From Paraglomus brasilianum (taxonomy: Eukaryota): a stretch of 32,055 nucleotides of DNA. A model generated the notes under the pieces. The model saw nothing but the letters and a program-made list of their open reading frames with translations, did not search any database and was not told where the DNA came from. Location of the stretch: assembly GCA_910592345.1 (NCBI GenBank), contig CAJVPI010000386.1:1-32055 (forward strand). Reading direction: 5' to 3'. Below are positions 10,928-23,932 of the stretch, one piece after another; position 1 is the first letter of the stretch; the number at the start of each line of letters is the position of its first letter. The translations under genes were made by a program, and so were the position numbers.

Positions 10928-12588
10928 TTAACCAGCTTTTTTCTTAAATGCAGTAGGTAATACCCCAACCAACCTCTTCCTACCCTCCCCACTTCCATGG
11001 ACGCCCGGACCAACCATAGCCTCGACTACACCCCAAATAGAAACGACGAATCCGAGGAAATATACAACCAACATGAAAGCAACTGGTACAAAATCGCGAA
11101 ACACCGACGACACCTGCCCATTAGGCGAATTTACCGCTCGTCCAATAATATCCGACAGAACTAAAGAGATAATAAATAAACAATACACGGTCATCACTAA
11201 CCCCTCCCGCACTCTTGCAGTTCCAAGTCTCCACCACTTGGCCCCATAGTTAACCTCGTGAAATTCCGACACATCAACTCTTTTCTTTTCTCCAAAAAAC
11301 AAAGAAAACACCATCAATGGTGAATAATAAAAAATAGTAAACGCTGAATAAAATCCCTTGTTCCTCAATTCGATGGCCGTCCAGATAGTAACAATGACAA
11401 GATAGACGAGCAAAAATACTACTGGTGCAATAACCCAGCCGAAAATTTTCAATCCCGGGTTTTTACTTTCCACCACTTCACCTTCCGCCGATGTCTCTCG
11501 GGAGAGAATCCTATAACATGCATAGATAATGTTGAATGCAAACAGCTGCGAGAACCAGGCAACACGAGACATGATTTGAGCTCTAGAAATGGTACGACCA
11601 AAGGGAGGGCTGAGGTAGGCATAGTTGGATGAAAACGACATTCCGCCGGCTGATGTACCGCTTACGAGCGTTAGAGGTAAAAGGTCTGCCGAATCGTGGT
11701 ATTGAGAGTCGCGATAAGAGTCACGATAGGATTCCTCTTTCGAACGTCGTTTCGATTGATATGGATCGTCTGGGTTACGATATTGTATGGAAACTTCTTT
11801 TTTGACGTCGGATTGATGCGTTGGTGGAACTAGGCAATGTTAAAGAAAGTGTCGAAATGTCGTGTGAATAAAATATAATCAACGCATATACAAATGATTT
11901 ATGCTCAACAAACTATGATGCTGTAAAAAACTCACTCACCTGCTCCAATACCGCCTCCAATTCCCTTCTCCATTTTTGATACACTAGTCACTTCTCGACT
12001 TGTGATATTCTTATCTGCAGAACCCAGTAAATTCAGTTGCCGTAACCCATGTCCATCCATTTTTCTCGTTGTTAATTCAGGTACTTCTACGATGTTTGTA
12101 GTCGTTGTACTTGATTTTATTGTAGGTACGGCCAATCCTCCTGTTGCTGCATCGGGCCTAACACCCATGCTTCTTGTCCCATACCCTGGAGTAGGACTAG
12201 TCGACAATACACCTGAAGTAATTATCCCTTTACTATCTTCAGTCTGTGCTGGTGGTCTTCTAACTGCCGGACGATAATCCTCTTCGCTATCTTCCTCCTC
12301 AAAAAGGTACTCTTCGTCTACACTCGGACGAGTTTGTATTGATTCCGCAGCTCCTGATATTTCAGACCCATTGTGGTCATGTAGGCGCGGGGCTGGCAAG
12401 GTGAAGGAGCGACTTGGCATTTGTATTGGTTGGCGGTTAGAAAGGATTGATCCTTGCTGAGCTGCTGTCGGCGCTGGAGCATTTTCGTCGCTGTCACTAT
12501 CGGAAGAAGACGCGTCCAGGTTGTAGATTGGTATGGTATGTAGAGACTCTGAAGGCCCTGTGCTCTGTGTGTCGTCGAATTGTTCCAT
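10928..12588 (-). CDS. Hypothetical membrane protein (~516 aa): disordered acidic/Ser-rich N-terminus and 4-5 C-terminal TM helices; 2 coding exons
   Basis: Exons 12588-11940 and 11829-10928 join in frame across a GTGAGT...CCTAG intron (GAG|gt...ag|TTCCA gives ...GAVPPTHQ...). There is also a probable 5'-UTR intron at ~12665-12598 (GTCAGC...CTAAC...CAG). Confidence 0.78.
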
Positions 12589-13429
12589 TGGCGTGATCTG
12601 TGTTTGCAATTAGTAGCGTTAGAGATTTTGAAAGAGTTGATCTAACGCTGAGCGAGAAAGCTGACCTTTTGTTCTCGGTGAATTCTTTTGGTTAAACCGC
12701 TTATTTAGACTAATCAACTGGTTTTGAGGTTGTTTTATTCATTTAACGTACCAATTTGATATTAAAATGTAGAAAACTGGAAGAGCTAACACGAAAAGAG
12801 GTTAAAAGGGGCAGGGGCGGGGGGAAGTAGAAATCTTTGGGTTGCTTTTCTGTGTCACATTCTGAATGAACTCCGCGCCACGTAATTGTAAAGCCAAAAG
12901 GCTTATTTGCTTAGCCTTTTTTTTTTTTTAGCAAAGCCATTAAACATATTAATATGAGGTGAGCCCCCCGGATTACCTGGTCTATCTATGGGTTGCATTT
13001 TGTACTAATTAGGTTGAACTCGATAGTTAATGTTTAGGAAACGAGCCCCAAAAAGCTGAGCTATGTGGCGGAGTTTAGAACAGTATTGCCGTGTAACATA
13101 CAACGATCATCTTCGTGACAAAAACTCCCGTAGGTTACAATGTTGCAACTCTGGTAACATGACACGTAACTATGAAAAAGCTGTTTCCAAGTCGGTTAAT
13201 CAATGTCGTATTCAATCATTTTAAGAAATGTAAACCAGAAATTCATCATGGTGCTGTACCTCTTGATTGTATCCAAGTTAATATGTACTTGTCAATAAAG
13301 ATCTAAAATTCTCTTCCTCACTTAATTCATTGGATAAGATTTGTGTTTATGACCTTTTTACTCATGAGACAGACAGTTTGGATCAGAGTCTGCTCAAGGT
13401 AGAGAATTTGCGATTATATCTATAGTATA

Positions 13430-13584
13430 CAGTCAACCCTGTTTATACCGGAATCTCTTTATACCGGACGGACTGATTCTTGCGCACCGTTCGTTTCATA
13501 TGAAAATTCTTTGTTTATACCAGAGTCTCTTATAAACTTTCCATATACCGGTTCCGGAAGGACAGCTATAAACAGAGTTGACTG
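13430..13584. mobile_element. 155-bp MITE of Tc1/mariner/pogo type
   Basis: TIRs CAGTCAACCCTGTTTATA and TATAAACAGAGTTGACTG match at 17/18 positions. TA flanks both sides (13428-13429 and 13585-13586). Internal TTTATACC(G/A)G subterminal repeats. No ORF. Confidence 0.88.
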
Positions 13585-14088
13585 TAAGTCACATTACTAT
13601 TATGGATGCTCATTTTCTGTAAAGTAACTTGACAGTACATATTTCTGATATCACAAAAAATAAGAATGTTGATCTTTCAGAAAGACAATGACCAAAAGCA
13701 TACAGCAGCCAAATATTTCGCACTTATGTTAATTCTCAACTTTCGAATAGGAAGCGCCAAATTAAAACTTCTCTTGGTTCATGGGGAAAAGGAAATTGCT
13801 TATATATTTCTAGATAAATTCATGTATGACTAATATAAAAAATCACCCTTTGTCAAAATGTCACCATAAGTGCATGGTCGGATTATCTATACTGGCTAAA
13901 TCGGTATTACTGGAGACTTTGATGCCCACAACAATATACAAACGCGTCCTGAAATTGCAATCAATGGATTATGATATTGGAATTTGTTACTATTACTGCA
14001 AGCGATCCCAGAAGGAGAAGAAGAAGAAGAGCAGAAATCAGGATAAACTCGACGCAATAGCTACCAATGGAAGAGAAGTTAATTTTCG

Positions 14089-14142
14089 CACCAATATTCT
14101 CTTCACAATTACTCAGTCATTGGGCACTGCTTCACAGCCCGT
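14089..14142 (+). repeat. Dispersed 54-bp copy of 29997-30050 (intron 3' end plus exon start of the Lunapark-like gene)
   Basis: caccaatattctcttcacaattactcagtcaTTgggcactgcTTcacagcccgt versus ...gtcaCCgggcactgcTCcacagcccgt; 51/54 identical. Confidence 0.88.
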
Positions 14143-15701
14143 CGCTCACGTCAATTCATTCATTGCATCATTGTTCCACGCGTATGAGCTCTAGCGAATC
14201 ATCAGGTCGGAGAACAAATGTTCGCAGACTTTTAACAGCCGCGTAATGTTTACGAACATAGCATGCACATTGTCAAAATGACTTTGCTGGATTTGTTACC
14301 ACTTCGACAGACAGTAAGTGTTCGCTGATTGTCAAAGTTACTTTTACAAAGCTAAAGGTCTAATTTATTCTATGATACATGTTATTGAAAATAATGATGT
14401 ACTCAAGATTGTTTACTTTGTACCTAAACGTGGCCGTCGCTTGAGCACGACAACTGTTACTATGGAATTTAACGGCATAAACAGCTCTTGTTGCTTGCAG
14501 GTACTATTTCATTTTTTTCAAGTCAAAATTTTAAAATAAATATAAACGAATTAATAAATTCACAAGAAAAATGATTAAGTGCTGCCACGCAATTCAAGTT
14601 TTCGATCAATTTCCCTTTGAAAAAAATTTGTAACATTGACATACGTGATGCTATTCACGAGCTGAAAAATTTTGTTTATCAAGGCAAGTTTCATTTTGGC
14701 GTACACATCTCTCATATAACGTATTCTCTACATTATTCAGAATGATGGTGGAGAAAAAGAGGAGATTCTATGCATGAAAAGAGGAACATGGAAACTTCCA
14801 TATAGCACAACATTCAGGCAACTAAGAATTAATGAACAAATCGGACAAGGAGATAAACTAGTTTTTGCCAGACAAAAAAGATGAGCCTGTAAGGTTATGA
14901 AAAGAGTATATTTAGTTAGACTAAAGTTTGAAAGTAAATCAAAATTTAACTATAATAATAATCATTCCAATGGTTGTCCAAGAATCGTCTATACTTAGTA
15001 AATACACCCTACTTAAGTATTATGTTTAGTCAACAATTCAACAAACACGACTACAAGAGCACCATACGTTTGCCATTGGGACGTGAATAACAATGAAATC
15101 TGGATTGGAACCATCATATTACTCTTACAACGTTGTGCTTACCGCATTGTCGGATTAGAGTAACAACACACTTCACAACCAAGACATAAATCGAATTTTA
15201 TAGTAAATAGTGTATTGCTATTACTACTGCAGTTGTCCTCCTTATTTTATCCAAGGAGGAAACGAAGTTATTGCCAACTTCTCATATAATGACCAAAATG
15301 CAAGCTGCAAGCTTATGGAATCGTAATAAAGCAATTGAGCCAAAACTGTCTTTGACTAATGCTAGGCGCCAAACCCTTTTTTCTTGACCGTTATAATTGA
15401 ACCACGTTTTGAATGGCCAAACTTTTCCATTTGCTTTTAATCGTTGGCTTTACATTCATATGGTTGTGACATTCTTTGGGATTGAAGGCATATTAATAGC
15501 TTTGCCCTGAGTGCTTTCCTTCTGCAAAGTTCTGTAGATCTAGCAGTTATCCTGATAATGAATTAAGAGTTAACGATTATTATGCATAATGCAGACTGCT
15601 GTATGATCACGTTTCTGTTATGTTAACCCCTGAAGTGTTTCTGTGGCGTCAATGTTTTTTAAAGAGTTACTTAGCAGTTCGAGTTCTGAACGGAATCAGT
15701 C

Positions 15702-17431
15702 ATGCTGTCGAATCCAGACAATGCCTCCGCCGAAGATGCAGCAGGGACGTCCAACGGTCAGTTGCCTTCAACTGAACAGCGCGATCCAGCATACTTTTCA
15801 TATTATGCTATGCTTCAGCACCAGGTACGTGTTTTGCAAAAGGGCTGGTGCCATCTGTCGGACTATTTTATCTGTTCTGATGCTTTCGAAAATATGTTTA
15901 ATAGCAAAACATGCTTCAAGACACGGTCCGAACGTCAACGTATCGTTCGGCCATCCTCTTGAATGGGCCCACCTGTTTTCATGACAAGCTTGTTTTAGAT
16001 GTTGGAGCCGGTACGTCTTCTGCTGCTTCCTCATATATACTCTTTAGATGCTTCTTTAAAAGAATGGTGAAATCGTAACAATAGATCTATCCGTAAGGTT
16101 CGGGTATTCTCTCTTATTTTGCCGTGCAAGCGGGCGCACGCAAGGTATACGCAGTAGAAGCCTCCCAAATGGCACAGAAAATGAAAAAAATCATCGATGC
16201 GGCCAACCTGCCCTCGGACCATAAGATGGCTAAAAATGTGTTCTTGAAGGACAAGATAGAGATAATTCAAGGTAGAGCTAAGCACAACGCGGCGCCTCAA
16301 TGTCAGCAAACGAAGACGTGTTGCTTGAGTCGCGTTATTTTTGCTTGTATGCAGCCAAAATAGAGGAGCCGGATCTTCCTATTCCAAAGGTGGATACGAT
16401 TGTTTCTGAACCGATCGGAGTTTTGCTTATTCACGAGAGGATGGTAAGGGGAAAAAATTCAACAGTTTTGATGATATTATTCTATAAATTACTTGTTTTC
16501 GTTCTAAACGGTTCCATTTTTTATTCTGCAGCTAGAAAGCTTTCTGTACGCAAGAGACAAATTCCTTAAACCAGGCGGGAATCTTTTCCCTGCAACGGGC
16601 ATGATACATTTGGCACCATTTACTGACGCTGCCTTGTGGACTGATACCATGGGTAAAGCACGATTTTGGGAACAGAATTCGTTCTACGGTGTTGATCTAT
16701 CGGCTCTTTATAATGATGCCAAGGACGAGATGTTTGGTAAGCAACATGTTTATACGGGATGTAGTAACAATTGTATTATTCTAGTCTACCGCATATTAAT
16801 TTCACAATTGCCACGTTAAGGTATGCCTATTGTTGGCAGCTTCGATCCTCGCACTTTGATTGCATCATCAACTCCTGGGGGTTATGCTATTGATTTCTAC
16901 ACGATTACGTTGAGCGAACTTCAAGACTTTGTCATACCGTTTGTATGGCAATCAAGTTATACGGGAATAATTCATGGAATAGCTGGTTGGTTTGATTTAC
17001 ATTTTGCTCCTTCACCGCTTGGACTTCCCGGCACAGGAATTGACATGACAACAAGTCCTTTGGCCGAACGGACGCATTGGCAGCAAGTCAGATTATTGCT
17101 GAAAGAACCTCTAGCCGTGAATGCCGGCCAGTTGATTAGAGGCTGGTTACGTTGCGTAGTTAATGAAATGCGTTCATACAATCTAGAAGCTGAATTGGTA
17201 GTTGGAGATTGTTATCTGTCTCCTCCCAATGCCCCCGAGCCGTTGACTAAGGACTATAATCGACGTCGTTCCAAATGGCAATTACACGAGCAGACGTACA
17301 ATTATAGCTACTATCCGCAACCAGACGTAACGTTTAGGCCAGAGTACAATTGTTTGTACGAACCTGAACAGTCTTTGGATGTAACAGTTGTTGTTGGAAA
17401 TGATATCGAGCAGGATCCTTCTGTTTTATAG
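15702..17431 (+). CDS. CARM1: Type I protein arginine N-methyltransferase, CARM1/PRMT4-like (~435 aa, 6 exons)
   Basis: Exons 15702-15824, 15905-16010, 16098-16271, 16355-16443, 16532-16736 and 16821-17431 are all GT-AG and in frame. Motifs: YFSYY...[33 protein letters not shown], double-E loop SEPIG...[28 protein letters not shown] and THWQQ. QQNMxQD, SEP and HLAPFTD are CARM1-type rather than PRMT1-type signatures. Confidence 0.9.
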
Positions 17432-17958
17432 GATACACGTATACATTGGGATTTATCAGAGAAGTGTAAAGTCCATTGTCCTTACAACGTACGCGTGATT
17501 ACAACGGTCCTTTTTTTGTATTTATTCATGACGTTCAGTACAATGTTGCAATATTATGTTCCCATTTATGATAATATCAAAAGTAACTAGTAGACTATTA
17601 TATGTTAGTCCTTCGCCGCTATATTTGGAACTGGCGTCATTTCCACTTATTGTTTCAAACCATTGATTATTTGAGGGCACTTGCTGACTCGCCATGCTAC
17701 CACATGTTAAATATTCTGAAACAATATAATCTGCCAGTTAAAATGCATCATGTTTCCGTGTCTAATCAAAATTGCATACGATGTATACGCAGACCATTTA
17801 GACCGCCCTGTGTCTCTTGGCCAGCTATAATAATAAGCGCAAGCTCGTTATTGTAGTATTCCAATAGAAGCGCCGTATAATTTAGAACTTGACATTTGAT
17901 GTAAATCTTACTGTAGCATTTATTACAAATGCGGCGATCGTGCCCTTAGTGCCCCCTG

Positions 17959-17968
17959 ATGACGTCAT
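17959..17968. promoter_or_regulatory. Perfect palindromic ATF/CRE (bZIP) site ATGACGTCAT
   Basis: Lies ~55 bp upstream of the ATG at 18024. Function is inferred only. Confidence 0.35.
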
Positions 17969-18023
17969 TTCCACATTTGTTTAAAATGTTAATTGCGCAC
18001 GAAATAACTATATTAATATTAAT

Positions 18024-19241
18024 ATGGAAGATCTGCCTGCGTTCGAGTTGTTGGAAACATTACTCTATGAGCCACAATCAGGTTAATTTCTAATTTCCTC
18101 GATGAATGACCGGCTTTTTGTTGACCCGCTTCAAATTTTTTTGAACCGCAAATAAGGCTTTTACTTGCTGTCATGCCATCTTGAAAGGCTCGTTGAAGCA
18201 GCAAAATATTTCATAGAATACACGAATAGCGACCACTTTCAAGCTTGTCTCAAGTCTGACTTTCTTGATGCTGTCGAGACAGAACTAGAAAGAGCCGTTG
18301 AAGCCTGTGGTCGTGATAATCCTCAACGGGTATGTACACTTTACGCGGCGAGCTTCAATAAATTAAAGCATTGCAACATTATGCTTTTTTCTCTTGGAAG
18401 CGTTTACAAGAACAAGTATTCAATATACATTTTAAAGGTTAGGCTGACGGTTGCCTTCGATGGTACGACGCGTGCAACAAGCGTTGTGATAAATATAAAC
18501 AATCAACCGGGTTTGTGTTTTAAATTCTTTGAAGAAATTCTGTTTGGTTTCCTTTTCTCTGAATGTCATGTCTTGAATCCAAAGGTCTATTGTACGTAAG
18601 CTTGGATAATGTTCCTACCTCGACGGTGAATAATCCTTTTGTCCTTCATAAGACAACGCATCGAAATGTTTATGAAGATGCTAGACGACGTGTTGGTAGT
18701 ATTTGCATAGTCACTTGATATCTGAAATCGAAATCGTTGAGTTTAATATCTTTAACGTTTCTTTTGTTGCAATCAACATATCTTGCCGCGTAATTTCTTG
18801 CGGCAGTCAGTAGATTTCCTTCTTTGCCAATATTTGATGTTGTAATTTACAACGAACAAGATCAAGTGACAGAATGTTCTATAGCAAATATTGCTGTCGA
18901 GTACAACGAAGACGGGAAATCGGTTTGGAAAACACCCCCTGTCGAATGTGGTAAGGCGTTTAAGCATATTCAGTAACCGTGCTTAATACTCATGATTAAC
19001 ATGCATCTAGGCTTATTACCGGGGGTTATGAGGAGACGTTTGATAGAAAAGGGAGAATTGACACCTGCAGCCATTAGTGTAGAAGAGCTGAAGCGAGCCC
19101 AGAAGGTATTTGAATATTCAAGACGCTATCTCTTTCTTGATCAACTGCTGATTTAGTGCTGAAATCTAGGAAGGGAGACGGATCAAATGTTTCAATTCCG
19201 TAAGAAAAGAATATGACGTGATACTAGTACAGGACTCATAA
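18024..19241 (+). CDS. ABZ2: Class IV PLP-dependent enzyme, 4-amino-4-deoxychorismate lyase (ABZ2/PabC-like; ~241 aa, 7 exons)
   Basis: Exons 18024-18081, 18157-18329, 18438-18510, 18585-18695, 18807-18950, 19011-19105 and 19170-19241 join in frame. Motifs: FELLETL, HLERL, HKTTHRNVY (PLP lysine), TECSIANI, WKTPP, GLLPGVMR and FNSVR. Confidence 0.85.
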
Positions 19242-19962
19242 GGAGTATTGTTTAATGATAACAGTAAAACGTTGTGCCTCTCCACAAACATGATACGAAG
19301 CATTTGAGAAATAGCGTTTTATGGAATTGATAAGTTCCGGTCGTTGTTCGCACGAAAACATTTCTCTATTTGTGCTGACAAGATAAATAATCTTGTTTAC
19401 CTATTTCATACCATTGGTTAGACAAAGCGAATCTCTTATGCCCGTGATAAAATGTTTCGATACTACCTTATTGTCTGTAAAAATATGCCTTTATCTCACG
19501 CTCTTTTCTACTCATTTCTCAAGCAAGTACAATATTTGAGAATGTTATCAAGTCTTTCAAAGACGATTTGCTCACTCAAGGTAATCTTAACTTATGCTCA
19601 CTATGACTATCATTATTAGTTCTGGAAATATATGATGCACTCTCGAGAGCATAATAATAAATATAATAATCACGCCATAGAAGAAGCTTTTTTGTAAGAC
19701 ATCCATGGCATGAATGAAAATGGCGTGACGTTCAACCAGAGCAATTTGATCAAAGAGTTGAGTTGGTTTCGGCTCCTAAAGAAAGGAATATTTGCTAATT
19801 TTAAGAGCAAATTAAATTTAATCATAATGAATAGATCATTGCCTTGTAATATATACATAATGCTGTAAACTAATAAAAAACGAGTTTGATGCTCTTGTCA
19901 TAATATTTCATCGTCACCGAATCGAATACAGTTTACATTAATATTACATATTTACATTAGTT

Positions 19963-20535
19963 AAATAGCTAAATAAACAATAGATAAACTATTGCATCTA
20001 ACTGGCATGCCAAGCAGCATACTCGCCCTATCCTCTCTAACTAGCTTCCGGAGACAGATCTTTCACAAGTAGCAAAGTAGCCACCAAATCAGTCCCTCAA
20101 ACCATCCACGCCCACCAAGTGTCCCATTGGATCCGATCACCCAGCGAAACCGTCAGGGAAGAAAAAAAGGGGAAAGAAGAAAAAAAGAAAAGAATAGAGT
20201 TAGTATAATATAGCGTAAAGCAATGCGATACTCACCTTTATACTTACCCAAATCTTCTTCCCGTAATCTAAATGCTGTGTAAAAAAAAGAGAAGAAAGGA
20301 GATATCTGGCAGTGTTCCGGGCATCCCCCATGACACACTACTCAGACCCAGCCAGGATCCCTTCACCGCAAGGTACACTGGAGGCAATGGAGAGTAAGAA
20401 GGCTTCATCAGTGACCACCCACCACTCGATCCAGACCGCCCCATCCACCAGCAGAGAAGGAAGGAGAGAAGCCACCTAGTGAACCAATTAGAAAAACAAT
20501 AGTCTGTTAGTTATCTATTATTTATTTGGCCATTT
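19963..20535 (-). mobile_element. Copy 1 of an unclassified TIR-bounded, structured non-coding dispersed element
   Basis: Colinear similarity to the reverse complement of 27304-27815 across its length; shared blocks include caccaaatcagtccctcaaac, agtgttccgggcatcccc, cccttcaccgcaag and caatggagagtaaga. The ends are imperfect inverted repeats (aaatagctaaataaacaatagataa...ctattg versus caatag...ttatctattatttatttggccattt). Boundaries are approximate. Confidence 0.75.
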
Positions 20536-20609
20536 GTCTATTTATTTAATCTGTTATTTTTAATTTATTTCATCGCTTCCGCTCTCCTATCCATCATTCT
20601 ATTAAAATT

Positions 20610-21434
20610 ACTGACGAGCCTTTTTATCGTTTTCCGGAGCCAACAACTTGACAAAGCCAATGGAACGGCTTCTTGTGTCAGGGGGCGGAAGGTAGATACC
20701 TATAAATGACATATTATAATAATTTGTGTATGCCTTGTGTTAAAAAATCTGTCAAATATAAGAATATTTTGATAAATATACTTACAGTAATAACTTCCAC
20801 CCTAAATTAATCCTTCTAATCGAGAAGCCAGTCGAAGGCTTTTCGTAGTTAGAGTTAGGAAGGACAAAAAGTAAATCACCTGTAAATTATAATAATTAGC
20901 GGACCGTTTATGAATACATGACTAACTTGATAATATACTTACAATACAAACTTGCCCCAAATTAACTGTTAAAGCAAAAGAAAGATATACGGTACCCGGC
21001 CGTTGCCGGTATCGTTGCTATGTAATTGTTGTTGTTATTGGTGTTAGTCCGAATGCTGCGGCTGCGTCGCGACGTTTTTGCTGGCCGACGGTCGGAAAAT
21101 GGAAGTGGAGGGGGTGAAGTACGTAACTGTTATGTGGTATAATATAAAAAAGATATTATAATAATTAGAAGACTATTTTATGTTTCCATCATTTTATTGA
21201 CAAAAATCTGTTTGTTAAAAAAACGTCTATCATATGAATAGCTTAATGAGCATACTTACAATAAAACCTCCGCCCCAAATCTATTACTAGAACGTTTCTT
21301 TGACTCTCCGTTGACAGTGTACAATTTGAAGAGAAGCGGAGAGTCTGCCTCTCGTGCGGCAATTGTATAGCCCGCGTCTGTTGAGGGGAGGCACGGAGTC
21401 TGCTCGTTCTGGTAATGGTCGCGGTGACGTTCAT
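20610..21434 (-). pseudogene. Degenerate spliced locus built from repeated exon-intron units
   Basis: Three GTAAGTAT donors (introns start at 21259, 20942 and 20785), each preceded by a related ATTT(G/A)GGG...GTT..A(T/C)T motif, with matching YAG acceptors (exons start at 21126, 20879 and ~20699). The joined reading frame is broken by stops and a frameshift. Confidence 0.45.
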
Positions 21435-22129
21435 GGCGATGGTTTGTCGTAATGTTTTGATTGTGACGGCTCGTATTGTTGAGGAAGTCCAGGGCTTGTT
21501 CCGAGTTAATGAAGGTGTTTTACGAATGCGCACCCTAAAGAGGGGAGCGTTTGTAATGTAAAGCAATACATTCGCGCGTTGGAGAAAGCGGCCAAGTTGC
21601 CTATGGCTACATTTATATGGGTGTACGTGTGTCGCGTCCACCAATTATTGATAAGCGCAGTTAGGGGTGTTATACGAACGACAATTACCAGCCACTAATT
21701 ATTGCCGACCAATAAGAGAGCATAAATTGTCAAAAAAAGTATTAAGACGTCGCCTGTATTATTATATTGTTTCCGAAAAGGGGAAACATTAGTATTAGTG
21801 TAACATTATCGTTAATCCGAGAATAACTAATCCAAGTCACGCGTTTAATTTTTAATACACAATTTTTATTAGAGGATGTGCTTTTTTGTCTAACAAACGT
21901 AATAGAATTTATTAGTCTCATTATAATATCAGCATAATACGATATCAATACTATTTAAATGGCTTCAAAAGCTGGAGGCTTTGCAAATCACCTCGATGTT
22001 TAGTATGAATTAATTGTTACCAACATTTTCAAGTATTTAATTTTTTCCACCCTTGCCTCAAATTATTCTGTCGAAAATTTTTAATACTGTGTATACCAAT
22101 TTTACTGTACGTGCATAAATAATTTTCAG

Positions 22130-22918
22130 AGTTCAAAGCGTTAATGAAGTTCAGTACAATTTAGCAGTTATCACAAACTTGAGACCAACGTGGCACTGTA
22201 CTTGAACACTTACTATCTCAATGCGTTCCGAACGTCTTGGTGTTCACTATAATGAGATGGTTTGACTTTCTATTATGGAGCAATGTAACAGTAATTGATA
22301 AATAACAGAAAGGTGTCAATTCCAAACGTGTCTCTTTTTTATCTCTGCAAAAAAGGCACGGATAAACCCCTGGCTAAAATAGAAGCTTCACATCATGTAT
22401 TTTTCGTTGGTTAAATATTTTGATACTAACGGTCTTGAGGCCGGTTAAGTTTTGCATCATGTAAGCGGGTGTCATACACATTTATGTACAGAATTGTACA
22501 TTGCTGAAGAAAACACAATTGCATTGGACAGCAGTCCGAACGCTTTGTAATCCTTGATATTAAAGCCAAAAAACTTAGCATCTCTTTTGTGATTTAACTG
22601 AAATTTCATAATGTAGAGGTTTTACAGTGGCCTTTCTATACCCGACTTTGTGGTAAATAAGGATTGAATTGCAAAGATTATCGTTGAGATCTGTAAACCT
22701 TCGGGTTCCACAGTACAATTAAATTACGTACGTAAAATTTGGAACTATCCCGATGTTAAAGGTAAGAAAGCATAGGTAATGGTAACAAACCTCATAGCAA
22801 ACCTAATCCTTATAATTGTTGTTTAATAGCTAACAACCTATGTTTTTCTAGTATTTTGGTCGATACTGGAAACATTATTCGATGTCGATAAGCTTGTGGG
22901 AATCTCGAATGTACGCAG
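22130..22918 (+). pseudogene. Possible decayed multi-exon gene remnant of unknown family
   Basis: Exon-like segments IAKIIVEICKPSGSTVQLNYVRKIWNYPDVK|gtaaga...ctaac...tag|VFWSILETLFDVDKLVGISNVR|gtaagt splice in frame. Upstream segments contain in-frame stops. Confidence 0.3.
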
Positions 22919-23932
22919 TAAGTGCGGTCAGTGTCTAATACTAATATACTGTATAAAGATACTTTTTCTGACAAAGAGGCGTATTGCGACTTCAGTTTTA
23001 TCTTGGTATGAGATTTGTTTTTAAGACTTTGTTGGTACTTATTACTTGCTCATCCATTTGCTTTCAGTTGGGCCATTAAAAAAGTACTTGTTGCCTCATG
23101 GAACCGGGCAACTTTTCATAGGTAAATTGTAACAATCTAATTTCAATAAACATATTGCCTTGTCGAATTCGGTAGAACTGTGTCTACTATTTTCGTTTAA
23201 AATTTATTTCTACTGTATTTAAAAAGGAAAAGTTGTCTTGGTCTGGCGAAGATAATAGAACCGTCTTTGTTAGAGAATACTCGATAGTCCGTATCGTATC
23301 AACTCTAGACACTACAGAAAAATGAAAGTAATTTGATTTCAAAGGGCTTTATTTCAAAGAGCTTGCAATATCAATCAGAATTAACTCGATGCATTTTTGA
23401 CGATGGGAATTCGACCCGTATTTATATCTTTTTCGTGGTCGATAATTTTCTGCGGATTTCTATTTTGTGCTTGTATCATATCAGATTTTAGGGCAACGTC
23501 TAAATTTGGAATTAATTATCCCCGTGTCAGAAAAATGGCGGCTATTCACAGTAAATTGGAATATTATGCGGTGTCACTAACTTAAGAACTAATCGATCAG
23601 GTAGTTGTTCGTTTGACATTACAGCATTAGCGTCAGATTTTATCATCAAAGTTGAAACGTGCAAAGTAGTTTATTCTTTAATACGCGTAAAAATTGATAT
23701 CCAGCCAATCATGTTCCGAGTTATGTAAAAAAAGAAGAAGCAAGGTATGGTAACAGATAATATGTGTTATACTAATATTATACTCAATAACTGTGTTAAC
23801 ATTGCTGTGTTAATACTATTACAGACTGGTGTACATATGATATTTAATAATTCTTTTTATACTTATATTACCATAATAGCCTTCAATGTAATACTGCTAA
23901 TCACATGTTCTTATTGACTGCTTTTTACTGCT

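Noticed and set aside
12887..12930. AAAAGGCT...AGCCTTTT hairpin plus T-run resembling a bacterial intrinsic terminator
   Set aside because: The context is eukaryotic; it is more simply a poly(dT) promoter tract upstream of the 12588 gene.
14740..15165. Short exon-like open stretches upstream of CARM1
   Set aside because: They end in stops and cannot be spliced in frame to CARM1; no recognisable domain.
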